Below the pieces are notes generated by a model. The model was not told the origin of the DNA, ran no database searches, and worked only from the letters and a program-made list of their open reading frames with translations. The position numbers were made by a program, and so were the translations under genes. A stretch of DNA of 32,000 nucleotides, taken from Nitrosococcus oceani ATCC 19707. GTDB lineage: Bacteria; Pseudomonadota; Gammaproteobacteria; Nitrosococcales; Nitrosococcaceae. Shown here piece by piece: positions 16,269 through 24,680 of the stretch (position 1 is its first letter; every line of letters begins with the position of its first letter). The stretch is from contig NC_007484.1 of the NCBI RefSeq assembly GCF_000012805.1, positions 2,520,001 to 2,552,000 on the forward strand. The letters run 5' to 3'.

Positions 16269-17993
16269 ATGGAACACGGCTTTGACTTCACCCCGGTGCT
16301 GATTTTCCTGACGGCCGCGGTGGCACTGGTACCCCTGTTTCAAGCCTTGGGGGTCAGTCCCATCCTCGCCTATTTAGCCGCTGGCGCCATCATCGGCCCC
16401 CATGTCCTGGGGTTAATCAAGGAAGTGGAAAACATCGGCCATGTGGCAGAATTTGGAGTCATTTTTCTCTTGTTTACCATTGGCCTGGAATTATCCATTC
16501 TCCGGTTAATGAACATGCGCAGGGAGGTGCTGGGCCTGGGCACCGTTCAGGTATTGGTAACCGCCTTGCTTATCGGCTATGGAGCTCACCAGCTAGGCAG
16601 TTCCATAGAAGTGGCGATTCTGATTGGTGGCGGCTTGGCCTTTTCCTCCACCGCCATGGTAATGCAGCTACTGGCCGAGCGGGGCGAAAGCGCCGGCCGT
16701 ACCGGCCGTGGCGCCTTTTCCGTGCTGTTGTTTCAAGACTTAGCGGTGGTGCCTTTTATGGCTCTATTGCCCCTCTTGGCAAGTGATGGCAGCGATATTG
16801 GGACAGCCTTGGCACTGGCGGGAGCCAAGGCGATACTCGCCCTTCTGGTCATTTTTTTCATTGGCCGTTTCCTGCTCAGCCCCCTCTATGACCTGGTGGC
16901 CCGCACCCATAATCGTGAACTCTTCGTCGCTACCACCTTGCTTATCGTATTGGGCACCAGTTGGACCACTGGCCGCATGGGATTGTCACTGGAACTAGGC
17001 GCTTTCCTGGCGGGCCTGCTGCTGGCCGAAACCCAATACCGCCATCAGGTGGAGGGCGACATCAAACCTTTTAAAGGGTTATTCCTGGGACTTTTTTTTA
17101 TGTCAGTGGGGATGGCAATTGACTTGCAACTAGTATGGACCCAAATTGGTACGGTGCTGCTACTGCTGGCTAGTCTGTTAAGCCTGAAATGCGCGGTACT
17201 TGTCCTGTTCTGCCGGCTGTTTGGCTTTCCCATGGCCACTGCCGTTCATATTGGGTTATTGCTAGCCCAAGGCGGCGAGTTTGCTTTCGTGCTCTTTGGC
17301 TTCGCCATGATTCTAGGGATTATCCCCACGGAAATCGGCCAGCTTCTATTAGTCACTGTCAGCCTTAGCATGGTGCTGACTCCCTGGTTGGCAAGCCTGG
17401 GTGCCTACCTCTCCCGCCGGCTGACTCCGCCTCTGGCTAATCAAGAGGAGCGCATTCAAACCGCTAGCGAGGACTTGCGTAATCATGTCATTGTGGGAGG
17501 GTTTGGACGGGTAGGACAAACAGTAGCCCGGCTGCTGCAAAACTATAATGTGCCCTATATTGCTCTTGATGTGGACCCCCTTAAAGTCGCCCAGGGGCAA
17601 GCACAGGGCTATAGCGTCTATTATGGCAGCGCCGCCCAGATTGATGTGCTCAAAGCGGCAGGTTTGGAATGGGCCCGTTTGCTGGTGATGACCCTGGATC
17701 GCCATCCGGAAAGGACTCACTATTTAATCGGCGACCTGCACCGTTCCTATCCTGATTTGGAAATTCTGGTGCGGGGACGGGATCAAATCCAGAGCAAGCA
17801 ACTGCGCCAAGCCGGCGCCGCCGCGGTGATTCCCGAAGCCCTGGAAGCCAGTTTGCAGCTTTCTAGCCTGACCTTAAAATGCTGGGGGATTCCGCCGGAA
17901 GCCGTGGAACAGGCTTTAGAGGAAATACGCCGCGAGGACTATGCTCCCATCGTGGCCTTGCTCGCCAAACGGCGAAAAACAACGGATAAATGA
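16269..17993 (+). CDS. CPA2-family monovalent cation:proton antiporter with C-terminal TrkA-N/RCK domain (KefB/KefC-like K+ efflux)
   Basis: The N-terminal half has about 12 TM segments. The NAD-binding fold motif 'VIVGGFGRVGQTVARLL' follows. The start is set at the ATG at 16269 (MEHGFDFTPVLIFLTAAV...). The 33 upstream codons of the track ORF look non-native. Confidence 0.88.
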   Translation: MEHGFDFTPVLIFLTAAVALVPLFQALGVSPILAYLAAGAIIGPHVLGLIKEVENIGHVAEFGVIFLLFTIGLELSILRLMNMRREVLGLGTVQVLVTALLIGYGAHQLGSSIEVAILIGGGLAFSSTAMVMQLLAERGESAGRTGRGAFSVLLFQDLAVVPFMALLPLLASDGSDIGTALALAGAKAILALLVIFFIGRFLLSPLYDLVARTHNRELFVATTLLIVLGTSWTTGRMGLSLELGAFLAGLLLAETQYRHQVEGDIKPFKGLFLGLFFMSVGMAIDLQLVWTQIGTVLLLLASLLSLKCAVLVLFCRLFGFPMATAVHIGLLLAQGGEFAFVLFGFAMILGIIPTEIGQLLLVTVSLSMVLTPWLASLGAYLSRRLTPPLANQEERIQTASEDLRNHVIVGGFGRVGQTVARLLQNYNVPYIALDVDPLKVAQGQAQGYSVYYGSAAQIDVLKAAGLEWARLLVMTLDRHPERTHYLIGDLHRSYPDLEILVRGRDQIQSKQLRQAGAAAVIPEALEASLQLSSLTLKCWGIPPEAVEQALEEIRREDYAPIVALLAKRRKTTDK

Positions 17994-18040
17994 AGAAGCC
18001 AGTTATTTTTATCTCCTTCTTCTTCTAGGGACATTGCCCC

Positions 18041-18931
18041 GTGAATCATTACAAAATACCGATGGCGTTTCTAAGAAAAAAAACCCGGAGAAAAATCTAC
18101 CATGGGCTTGCCGAGGCCCGGGATTACTTCAGCGCTCATGTCTTCAGTGCCTCCCAGGGGAAGCACTTCCAGCACGTTGAAGCTTACTGCATGTTTCTGG
18201 GCTCTGGACGGAGCGGGCACAGTATGCTTGGCGCCCTGCTCGATGCCCATCCCAACGTACTGATTGCGAATGAATTCAATCTGATTAAGCGCCTTAAGTT
18301 TGGCTACAATCAAACCCAGCTTTTTTATCTCCTGATGAGGTATTCGCAAAAGCTGGCTGAACGGGGACGCATCACCTCCGGCTATGATTATCGGGTTCCC
18401 AACCAATGGCAAGGAAAATTCACGCAGCTCAAGATCATCGGTGATAAAAAAGGCGGAGGAAGCGCAGAGGCCATCAGAAAAAACCCTGCATTGCTGGATA
18501 AACTTCACCATGTCATCAAAGTGAAAATCAAATGCCTTCATTTCATGCGAAATCCCTACGATAACATTGCCACCATGGCCAGAAGAAAAAAGGCTATGGG
18601 CACCGTAAATTCCACCGACCTCACACAGGCTATAAGCTCATATTTCCGTAGAATGGAAACAATCCAACAAATAAAAAATAAGCACTGTTTGGACATCCTC
18701 GATATGCGGCACGAAGACTTTATTCACGATCCCCAGGCTCATCTTGAAAAAGTTTGCGAATTTCTCCAGCTCGAAGCTTCCCAGGACTATCTCAGGGACT
18801 GTGCAAGTATTGTTTACACCCAACCCCATCGGAGCCGTCACAAAATTGACTGGCCCCCGGGTTTGATAGAGTGCGTACGGGAACACATCGCCAGCTACCC
18901 CTTTCTCGCTGGTTACACATTTGATAATTAA
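18041..18931 (+). CDS. Sulfotransferase-family protein
   Basis: It has a PAPS 5'-phosphosulfate-binding-loop-like motif, 'FLGSGRSGHSMLGALL', near the N-terminus. A later 'MRNPYD' segment is typical of the 3'-phosphate-binding region. The protein is 296 aa. The start is either the GTG at 18041 or the ATG at 18062. Confidence 0.65.
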   Translation: MNHYKIPMAFLRKKTRRKIYHGLAEARDYFSAHVFSASQGKHFQHVEAYCMFLGSGRSGHSMLGALLDAHPNVLIANEFNLIKRLKFGYNQTQLFYLLMRYSQKLAERGRITSGYDYRVPNQWQGKFTQLKIIGDKKGGGSAEAIRKNPALLDKLHHVIKVKIKCLHFMRNPYDNIATMARRKKAMGTVNSTDLTQAISSYFRRMETIQQIKNKHCLDILDMRHEDFIHDPQAHLEKVCEFLQLEASQDYLRDCASIVYTQPHRSRHKIDWPPGLIECVREHIASYPFLAGYTFDN

Positions 18932-19131
18932 CCGGAGCACTGTTGCATACACCACTAAGACGGCCGCGGAGGACTCAGGTTTACGTTGTCAAAGCGCATC
19001 GTGAGCTATTGCCGCATCCAGGATAAATCTGCTGCACAAGCCAGCCACGTGTTCATGGGCGAATACATGAATCAATACCAAAAGCAAACCGATAAGGAGG
19101 GCCCCTTCCCTCCCAGAAGCGGTACCGCACT

Positions 19132-21375
19132 ATGACAATTGAGACGAAATTCAACATCCCTCTTGTGGCCAGTCTCGCGCTACGCGAGAAGCAGATTCAG
19201 CAGAATTACAGGCCGATCATTGCTGTCCACAAATGGTTTGCACGGCGGCCTGGCAGCCTTTTCAGAGCGCTGGCTCTGGCTGAATTTGGCGAGGCGCCGC
19301 TTGCCGATCTATACTTTACGGCCAACAATTTTCCGGGGAGGCAAGTCGCCGATCCCTTCATGGGTGGCGGAACGCCACTGATCGAAGCTAACCGCATCGG
19401 TTGCGATGTGACTGGGTTTGACATCAATCCGATGGCCGCGTGGATAGTCCGCGAGGAAATCGAGCATCTTGACATCACGGTTTATCAGGAGGAGGCCAGC
19501 CGGTTTCTCCACAAGTTGCGCCACGAGATCGGGCCTCTGTATGTGACAGACTGCTCCCTCTACGGCGATACCGACGTGCCGGTAAAATATTTCCTCTGGG
19601 TTAAAGTCATCAGCTGCGAGTCCTGTGGACAGGAGGTGGATCTGTTTCCCGGTTATGTCCTCTCCCAGAACGCCCGCCATCCAAAGAATGTAATGGTTTG
19701 TGCCGATTGTGGGGAACTGAGCGAGGTTAATGACCGAGCGGTGCCTGGGGTGTGCAAAAGCTGTGATGCAACCTTGCATGCCAAAGGCCCCGCGGGTCGG
19801 GGTCGCTGCGTTTGCGCCCATTGCGATCATGAAAATAGATACCCGCGCGCCAGCCAAGGACCATTACAACATCGGCTCTTCGCCATTGAGTATTACAATC
19901 CACACCGTAAGGCGCAGCATAAGGGGCGCTTTTTCAAAAAGCCAGATGCAAAGGATCTGGCGCGCGTTGCCGAAGCCAAACAGCGGTGGCATGAATTCCA
20001 TGCTCATTTCGTCCCAGAGCAAAAAATCCTCTCGGGTGATGAAACCGACCGGCTTCACCGGTGGGGCTACAGCCATTACCGGGAAATGTTTAACCATCGG
20101 CAGCTTCTGGGCCTGGAGCTAAGTTGCCGTCTGATCGCCCGTGTCAAAAATGAGCGCGTGCGTCATGCGCTGGCTACCAATCTGTCCGACCTTCTGCGCT
20201 ATCAGAACATGCTTTGCCGATACGACACCTGGGCGCTCAAGTCCCTCGATATCTTCTCTGTGCATGGCTTTCCGGTCGGGCTAATACAATGCGAATCGAA
20301 CCTGCTCGGCATTATTAATAACAAGGGCACCAATGTCGGCTCGGGCGGCTGGACCAACATTATCGACAAGTATACCAAGGCCAAGCGCTACTGCGATACG
20401 CCGTTCGAGGTGCAACGGCATGGCACACGCAATGTTCAGATTCCGATTCAAGGCGAATGGATCGGGGAAAAATTGAATGGTGAGCAGCGGCGGAACGTCG
20501 CTATTCATTGCGCTGACGCAACCACGGTGAAGTTGGCGCCGAATAGTCTCGATGCCGTGTTTACAGATCCTCCCTATTTCGGGAATGTACAGTATGGCGA
20601 GCTGATGGATTTTTGCTATGTCTGGCTGCGCCGTCTGGTGGGGAATGAAGCTGAAGGGTTCTGGCGACCGTCAACCCGTACCGATGGAGAACTCACCGGC
20701 AATGTTACCCGGTCTTGGGGACTTCCTCGCTTCACCGAGGGCCTTGCCCGAGTCTACCGGCATATGGCCGAGGCGCTACAACCTGGTGCACCACTGGCGT
20801 TTACCTACCACCATAATAAACTCAACGCCTATTTTGCTGTGGGTGTTGCCATCCTTGATGCCGGTCTAACTTGTTCGGCCTCCCTACCCTGCCCGGCCGA
20901 GATGGGGGGGTCTATTCATATCCACGGCACAACCTCATCGATCATCGATACCGTGTTCGTCTGTCGCGACACCGGCCACGTACCCAGGCGCTGGCTTTTC
21001 GAGTCTACCGATCAGCTCGCGGCCATTGTCGCCCATGATCTTGCACAGGTTGCCGAGGGGGGGCATAAACCAAGTATGGGCGATACGCGGTGCATTATCT
21101 TCGGTCATCTTACCCGTATGGCCATTTGGAATTTAAGACTGACGTGGGAAGCAAAGCTTTCGACTGATGAAAAGCTGGATCGCTTCGCCAAAGCGGTTCG
21201 CGCTCTGGCCGATCCCGACGATCTTCTCGAACGACTGCAAGCCGATGGGCGAGTGTCCGCTCCCGCCGAGCCGCTCTTTTCAGCGGCCACAACTTTGGGA
21301 AGGATTCGTGATGCCGTTTCCTTTCGAAGTTCCCTTTGCAGAGATCGAAAGCGATCTCGGCACTTATGTCGATGA
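19132..21375 (+). CDS. DUF1156 / COG1743-type DNA methyltransferase with internal zinc ribbons (N6-adenine or N4-cytosine class)
   Basis: The N-terminal 'AVHKWFARRPGSLFRA' is characteristic of DUF1156. The SAM-binding motif I is 'ADPFMGGGT' (19351-19374). Four CxxC pairs lie at 19615-19824. The catalytic motif IV is 'DPPY' (20566-20577). Confidence 0.85.
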   Translation: MTIETKFNIPLVASLALREKQIQQNYRPIIAVHKWFARRPGSLFRALALAEFGEAPLADLYFTANNFPGRQVADPFMGGGTPLIEANRIGCDVTGFDINPMAAWIVREEIEHLDITVYQEEASRFLHKLRHEIGPLYVTDCSLYGDTDVPVKYFLWVKVISCESCGQEVDLFPGYVLSQNARHPKNVMVCADCGELSEVNDRAVPGVCKSCDATLHAKGPAGRGRCVCAHCDHENRYPRASQGPLQHRLFAIEYYNPHRKAQHKGRFFKKPDAKDLARVAEAKQRWHEFHAHFVPEQKILSGDETDRLHRWGYSHYREMFNHRQLLGLELSCRLIARVKNERVRHALATNLSDLLRYQNMLCRYDTWALKSLDIFSVHGFPVGLIQCESNLLGIINNKGTNVGSGGWTNIIDKYTKAKRYCDTPFEVQRHGTRNVQIPIQGEWIGEKLNGEQRRNVAIHCADATTVKLAPNSLDAVFTDPPYFGNVQYGELMDFCYVWLRRLVGNEAEGFWRPSTRTDGELTGNVTRSWGLPRFTEGLARVYRHMAEALQPGAPLAFTYHHNKLNAYFAVGVAILDAGLTCSASLPCPAEMGGSIHIHGTTSSIIDTVFVCRDTGHVPRRWLFESTDQLAAIVAHDLAQVAEGGHKPSMGDTRCIIFGHLTRMAIWNLRLTWEAKLSTDEKLDRFAKAVRALADPDDLLERLQADGRVSAPAEPLFSAATTLGRIRDAVSFRSSLCRDRKRSRHLCR

Positions 21376-21895
21376 AATCTTTTCCTGCCTGCAATCTGAA
21401 TTCCTGACCTTGCCCAAAGGTCCGGGATTCGTCGAATATCCAGCGTTTGAGAGCGGCTATGAAGCGCTGAAGCGAACCACGGGCAACTTCCGGAACCTTT
21501 CGCCAGGGCCGGTGATTGAAACCGTCTACCGGGTGCCGATCACCTTGGTGGTACTGCGCTGTATGCTGGGTTTTACGCCGCCGGAATGGGCCTATGTCAC
21601 TTCCCAGCGGACCCATGTGGCAGTATCGCAGGGTGCGATCCGTACTATCGACCGCAAAATCCGCATGGAGCCTGCAACGCCGCTCAGGAACAGGGGCGGT
21701 GTGACAGGGGAGCGCATTCGCTCGCTCGTCACGACCGCCTGCCAAATTCTAACTGAAGGTGCCCCCGAGGAGCCGGAAGAGATTATTCACCGTCTCAATA
21801 AGGCCGATACAAGCAGCGGTCTTGCCAGCTTGCAACCACTGGCAGATCTTGGTGTACCCTACGCCATGCTTCTCTGTAACTGTTCCGCCAGCTAA
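21311..21895 (+). CDS. Hypothetical protein (about 194 aa) overlapping the methyltransferase 3' end; C-terminus possibly altered by the adjacent IS
   Basis: The ATG at 21311 is preceded by GGGAAGGA. It overlaps the methylase ORF by 65 nt in another frame. Its composition is coding-like, whereas the antisense ORF (21110..21745) is Arg-rich junk. The last 10-40 codons run into the predicted right end of the tnpB element. Confidence 0.5.
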   Translation: MPFPFEVPFAEIESDLGTYVDEIFSCLQSEFLTLPKGPGFVEYPAFESGYEALKRTTGNFRNLSPGPVIETVYRVPITLVVLRCMLGFTPPEWAYVTSQRTHVAVSQGAIRTIDRKIRMEPATPLRNRGGVTGERIRSLVTTACQILTEGAPEEPEEIIHRLNKADTSSGLASLQPLADLGVPYAMLLCNCSAS

Positions 21896-21960
21896 AGCTG
21901 GCGGCTTTCCACTGCACAAGGAGCACACTTATGCGCGAACATAGGCTGAGTTACAGCAGC
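21780..21960 (-). ncRNA. Candidate TnpB omega-RNA (reRNA) overlapping the tnpB 3' end and right end
   Basis: This is the position expected from established TnpB biology. Nested structure is visible. An outer 8-bp pairing joins 21873-21880 (CTGTAACT) to 21948-21955 (AGTTACAG). It encloses the 8-bp hairpin at 21885-21904. A further 6-bp hairpin lies in 21821-21845. The ends and guide were not determined. Confidence 0.3.
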
Positions 21961-23170
21961 CCTTCTGGCGATATTGCCAGCGGCGTTATGGTCTGCGTGA
22001 TTACTGTGCCCGCATTCCACACACCGAAACTCAGACTGGGTTGGCCGGTTAGCTTTGTCGATACGGCCACAGGCCGGGCACTCGCGGCTAGTGTTGCGTG
22101 GGTCGACTATCACCACCGGCACGCCAGCACGTTTAGCCTTATACTCGATAAAGGCACGAAGCTGAGCGAAGCCCCAGTTATGCAAGCGTTTCCTCTGCGC
22201 TTTGTTGGCCTTAACCCGTGCCCGGATATGCTTGAGATTTTCAAGTCCAATGCCGAGACGGGAGCGTTCCGCAGTCGAGACGATGCGTTTGGAGATACAA
22301 TGGTTCTCGTATTTTTGAAACCGTTTCTGCCTGCCGCTTATGTGGCGAAGGCAGCGTTTAGCGGCCCGTGTGCCGAGGCGCTGCAAGGTGGCGCGTCGTT
22401 TGGCGTAACGCTCACGGTAGGCTTGGACTTTAGCCCCGCAGTACCTCTCACCCAGGCTGTCAGTGGCGATATTGACAATACCGAAATCCACACCCAACAT
22501 GCCTTCAGGGGTCAGCAATTTGGGGTCGTCAAAGTCACATACAGCGGCCAAATACCATTGGCCGCGCACGAACATCAAATCGACTTCGCCCTTGCGGTGT
22601 TCAAGCAATTGGCGCTGGTGATCGCTACCAACATAGCCAATCTTTTCTCGACCCGACAAAAGCCACAGGGAGACTTTCTCATCACAGACAAAGCGCAGGA
22701 TACGGTCATCATAGGGATGCGCCGCATGCTTACGAAAGGCGCGCTGGGTTTTCTGGTCAAGCTTGTAGGCGTGCGCCACTTTAGCAATGCAGCGCACCGC
22801 CACCTGAGCGGACAATGCAAATTTGGCGCGCACGGCTTGATAGCAGAGCTTATGCAAATCGTATTGCCGGAATGTCTTCGTTTCCCAAGCGCGCTCAGAG
22901 AGCCAGTTGCACGCTTCATTACAGCGCGCCAGCGTCAAACGCAACTCGCGTTCTTGCGCTGGAGTTGGCGTCAGTTTGAGGTTAGCTACCAACTTCATAA
23001 GCTCAAGTATAGAGTGCTTTTATGGATAGATCTATCAACGGGCGGCTTTCTTCCACCCCCTGAAGGAGGCGCTCTCCAGCCGCAATTTTTATGAACGGTT
23101 CCTTGGCCGTCCCTTCGCCGGGCACCGCGATTCCGTCAGCGAACTGGCCGGTGATAGAGCATCTCTATCT
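21800..23170 (-). mobile_element. IS200/IS605-family, tnpB-only (IS1341-like, non-autonomous) element; boundaries approximate
   Basis: It contains an intact tnpB and no tnpA. A perfect 8-bp hairpin (21885-21892 / 21897-21904) spans the tnpB stop. The 10-mer GGCGGCTTTC is shared by both ends (21900-21909 and 23041-23050). A 7-bp hairpin GATAGAG-CAT-CTCTATC at 23153-23169 sits at the composition break with the DUF262 fragment. The exact LE and RE ends were not determined. Confidence 0.55.
21892..22998 (-). CDS. tnpB: TnpB (IS605 OrfB family RNA-guided endonuclease)
   Basis: The 368-aa ORF has RuvC-I 'LGVDFGIVNIAT', RuvC-II 'IGLENLKHI', the zinc finger 'CPACG...CVECG' and RuvC-III 'HADHNAAGNIARRA'. 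The N-terminus 'KLTPTPAQERELRLTLARCNEACNWL' is typical of OrfB. Confidence 0.9.
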   Translation of the reverse strand: MKLVANLKLTPTPAQERELRLTLARCNEACNWLSERAWETKTFRQYDLHKLCYQAVRAKFALSAQVAVRCIAKVAHAYKLDQKTQRAFRKHAAHPYDDRILRFVCDEKVSLWLLSGREKIGYVGSDHQRQLLEHRKGEVDLMFVRGQWYLAAVCDFDDPKLLTPEGMLGVDFGIVNIATDSLGERYCGAKVQAYRERYAKRRATLQRLGTRAAKRCLRHISGRQKRFQKYENHCISKRIVSTAERSRLGIGLENLKHIRARVKANKAQRKRLHNWGFAQLRAFIEYKAKRAGVPVVIVDPRNTSRECPACGRIDKANRPTQSEFRCVECGHSNHADHNAAGNIARRAAVTQPMFAHKCAPCAVESRQL

Positions 23171-23607
23171 TTACCTGGCCGAGCAAGGATACGGTTGAGG
23201 TAGAAATCATGATCCGTATCGTTCAGCTTTATATAGGGTGTATCTTCTAATGTTTCTAAATCTTTCTTAGAGAGATGGTCCTGCTGTATTATATCTGCAC
23301 GCTCACTATCACCATTCTTCAAGAAATAATCCCTTATGGAAGCCAGCAATATGCTCGTTGTTGTCAGTCTTTGCTGGCCGTCAATCACCCATTGACCACC
23401 TGTAGGCTCTTTTGCAATTACCACTGTTCCTAAAAAATATTCGCTTTCCTTATTTCGAATCGCATCATTCAAATCCTTGAATAGAGCAGAGGTCTGTTCG
23501 TCTGTCCACGCATAAAGACGTTGATACGGCGGTACAGCTACTCGCCGTGAGGAAAGAACAGTCCCTAATCCTGCAAGAGAAACATCGAGTTTTTCTATAG
23601 ATGACAT
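23089..23607 (-). pseudogene. Truncated DUF262 (ParB-like nuclease / GmrSD N-terminal domain) gene
   Basis: The N-terminal DUF262 motifs 'PPYQRLYAW', 'YFLGTVVI' and 'IDGQQRLTT' are present. Only about 145-150 native-looking residues remain. The frame then continues into GC-rich sequence with a junk-like tail (SPASSLTESRCPAKGRPRNRS) next to the IS left end. Full-length family members are several-fold longer and carry a C-terminal HNH/DUF1524 domain. Confidence 0.6.
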
Positions 23608-23711
23608 GATCCAATAATCCTATAAAGGAGGTTGACCAAAATGGCTTGAGAAGAATAATGCCTAGGTATTGTCCTCATAAGAAATTAACCCAAATTGCGA
23701 TACAGAAAGTT

Positions 23712-24680
23712 TTAATGGCAGCAACTAGAACACCCTTTTGACAAGGCCGAAGCCGACTCCGAAACTCTCGTCGATTCCAGGGGAGCGCCTAAAAAATGAA
23801 GCAGCGCATGGCGATATTCGCGGACGTTGAAGGTACCAATATGACGGGTATGGGTAGATAGAAAGAATTTGGGGGAGCGAGCGGCGGCAAAAAGCTCCTC
23901 GCCATGATGATAGGGAATAATCTCATCCTCCTTGCTGTGAATAAGAAGCAGCGGTGTGGGTGAAAGCTTGGCAATATGATCGACAGGATCATAAGTCCCT
24001 GGCAACAACCAGGACAGGGGATACTGAAATGGCCAGGTCAGCCAAAATGCACCCAGTTTCTCCCGGGCAATGCCCCGATAACTGGTAAAAGCGGCACCCA
24101 AAATGATGCCATCGATCTGTTCATGCAAGTCCGGGACATGGGCGCCAAAAGCCACCAAGAGGGCCGCCCCTAAACTTTGTCCCAATAAAAACACGGGCTT
24201 TTCCCCGCTTTCGGGCCGGGCTAACAACCACTGGTAGCCGGTTTCGATATCCTGCAACGCACCGGCAATATCCGGGGAACCGGTCGAGCGGCCATACCCC
24301 CGGTAATCCAGCAAAAAGACCTGATAGCCATGGGCGGGAAGCCACATGACGCTGGCAATATGGGTGCTAATATTTTCCGCATTGCCGTGCAAGAAATAAA
24401 CCGAGCCGCACAGTTTTCCCTGCGCGTGAAGCAGCCAACCGTGAAGGGAATAGCCATCCGGCGTGGACAAGGTGATATCGTCATAGGCCAGACCAAGCTG
24501 CCGGGGAGTAAGAATCTCTTTCTTGCCCGGCAAAAAGAATACCTGGCTGCATCCACTCAAATGGGCAATAAGGACGGTCAAGCCGAGCCACCCCAACAAC
24601 ACCCTGGCGCTCGATGGTGGTAACCAGGCTCGGACTCCCTTAAAAATAAAGCCGAACGCCGCCTTGGAGGATAATGGCAT
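23712..24680 (-). CDS. Alpha/beta-hydrolase (serine hydrolase) with lipoprotein-type leader
   Basis: It has the nucleophile elbow 'GQSLGAA', a lipobox-like 'LIAHLSGC' and the acid/His region 'HSKEDEIIPYHHG ... THTRHIG'. The ATG at 24680 overlaps the upstream gene by 41 nt. The GTG at 24602 is an alternative start. Confidence 0.8.
   Translation of the reverse strand: MPLSSKAAFGFIFKGVRAWLPPSSARVLLGWLGLTVLIAHLSGCSQVFFLPGKKEILTPRQLGLAYDDITLSTPDGYSLHGWLLHAQGKLCGSVYFLHGNAENISTHIASVMWLPAHGYQVFLLDYRGYGRSTGSPDIAGALQDIETGYQWLLARPESGEKPVFLLGQSLGAALLVAFGAHVPDLHEQIDGIILGAAFTSYRGIAREKLGAFWLTWPFQYPLSWLLPGTYDPVDHIAKLSPTPLLLIHSKEDEIIPYHHGEELFAAARSPKFFLSTHTRHIGTFNVREYRHALLHFLGAPLESTRVSESASALSKGCSSCCH

Noticed and set aside
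19309-21745. Minus-strand ORFs inside the methylase region (19309..19857, 182 aa; 21110..21745, 211 aa)
   Set aside because: They are antisense to sequences with clear methyltransferase motifs or coding-like composition. Their translations are Arg/Pro/Gly-rich and low-complexity, and they have no SD.
21931-23094. 387-aa plus-strand ORF, one of the longest in the track
   Set aside because: It lies entirely antisense to tnpB, which has unambiguous RuvC and zinc-finger motifs. The product is Ala/Arg/Leu-rich with no motifs. It is a typical shadow ORF of a GC-rich gene.
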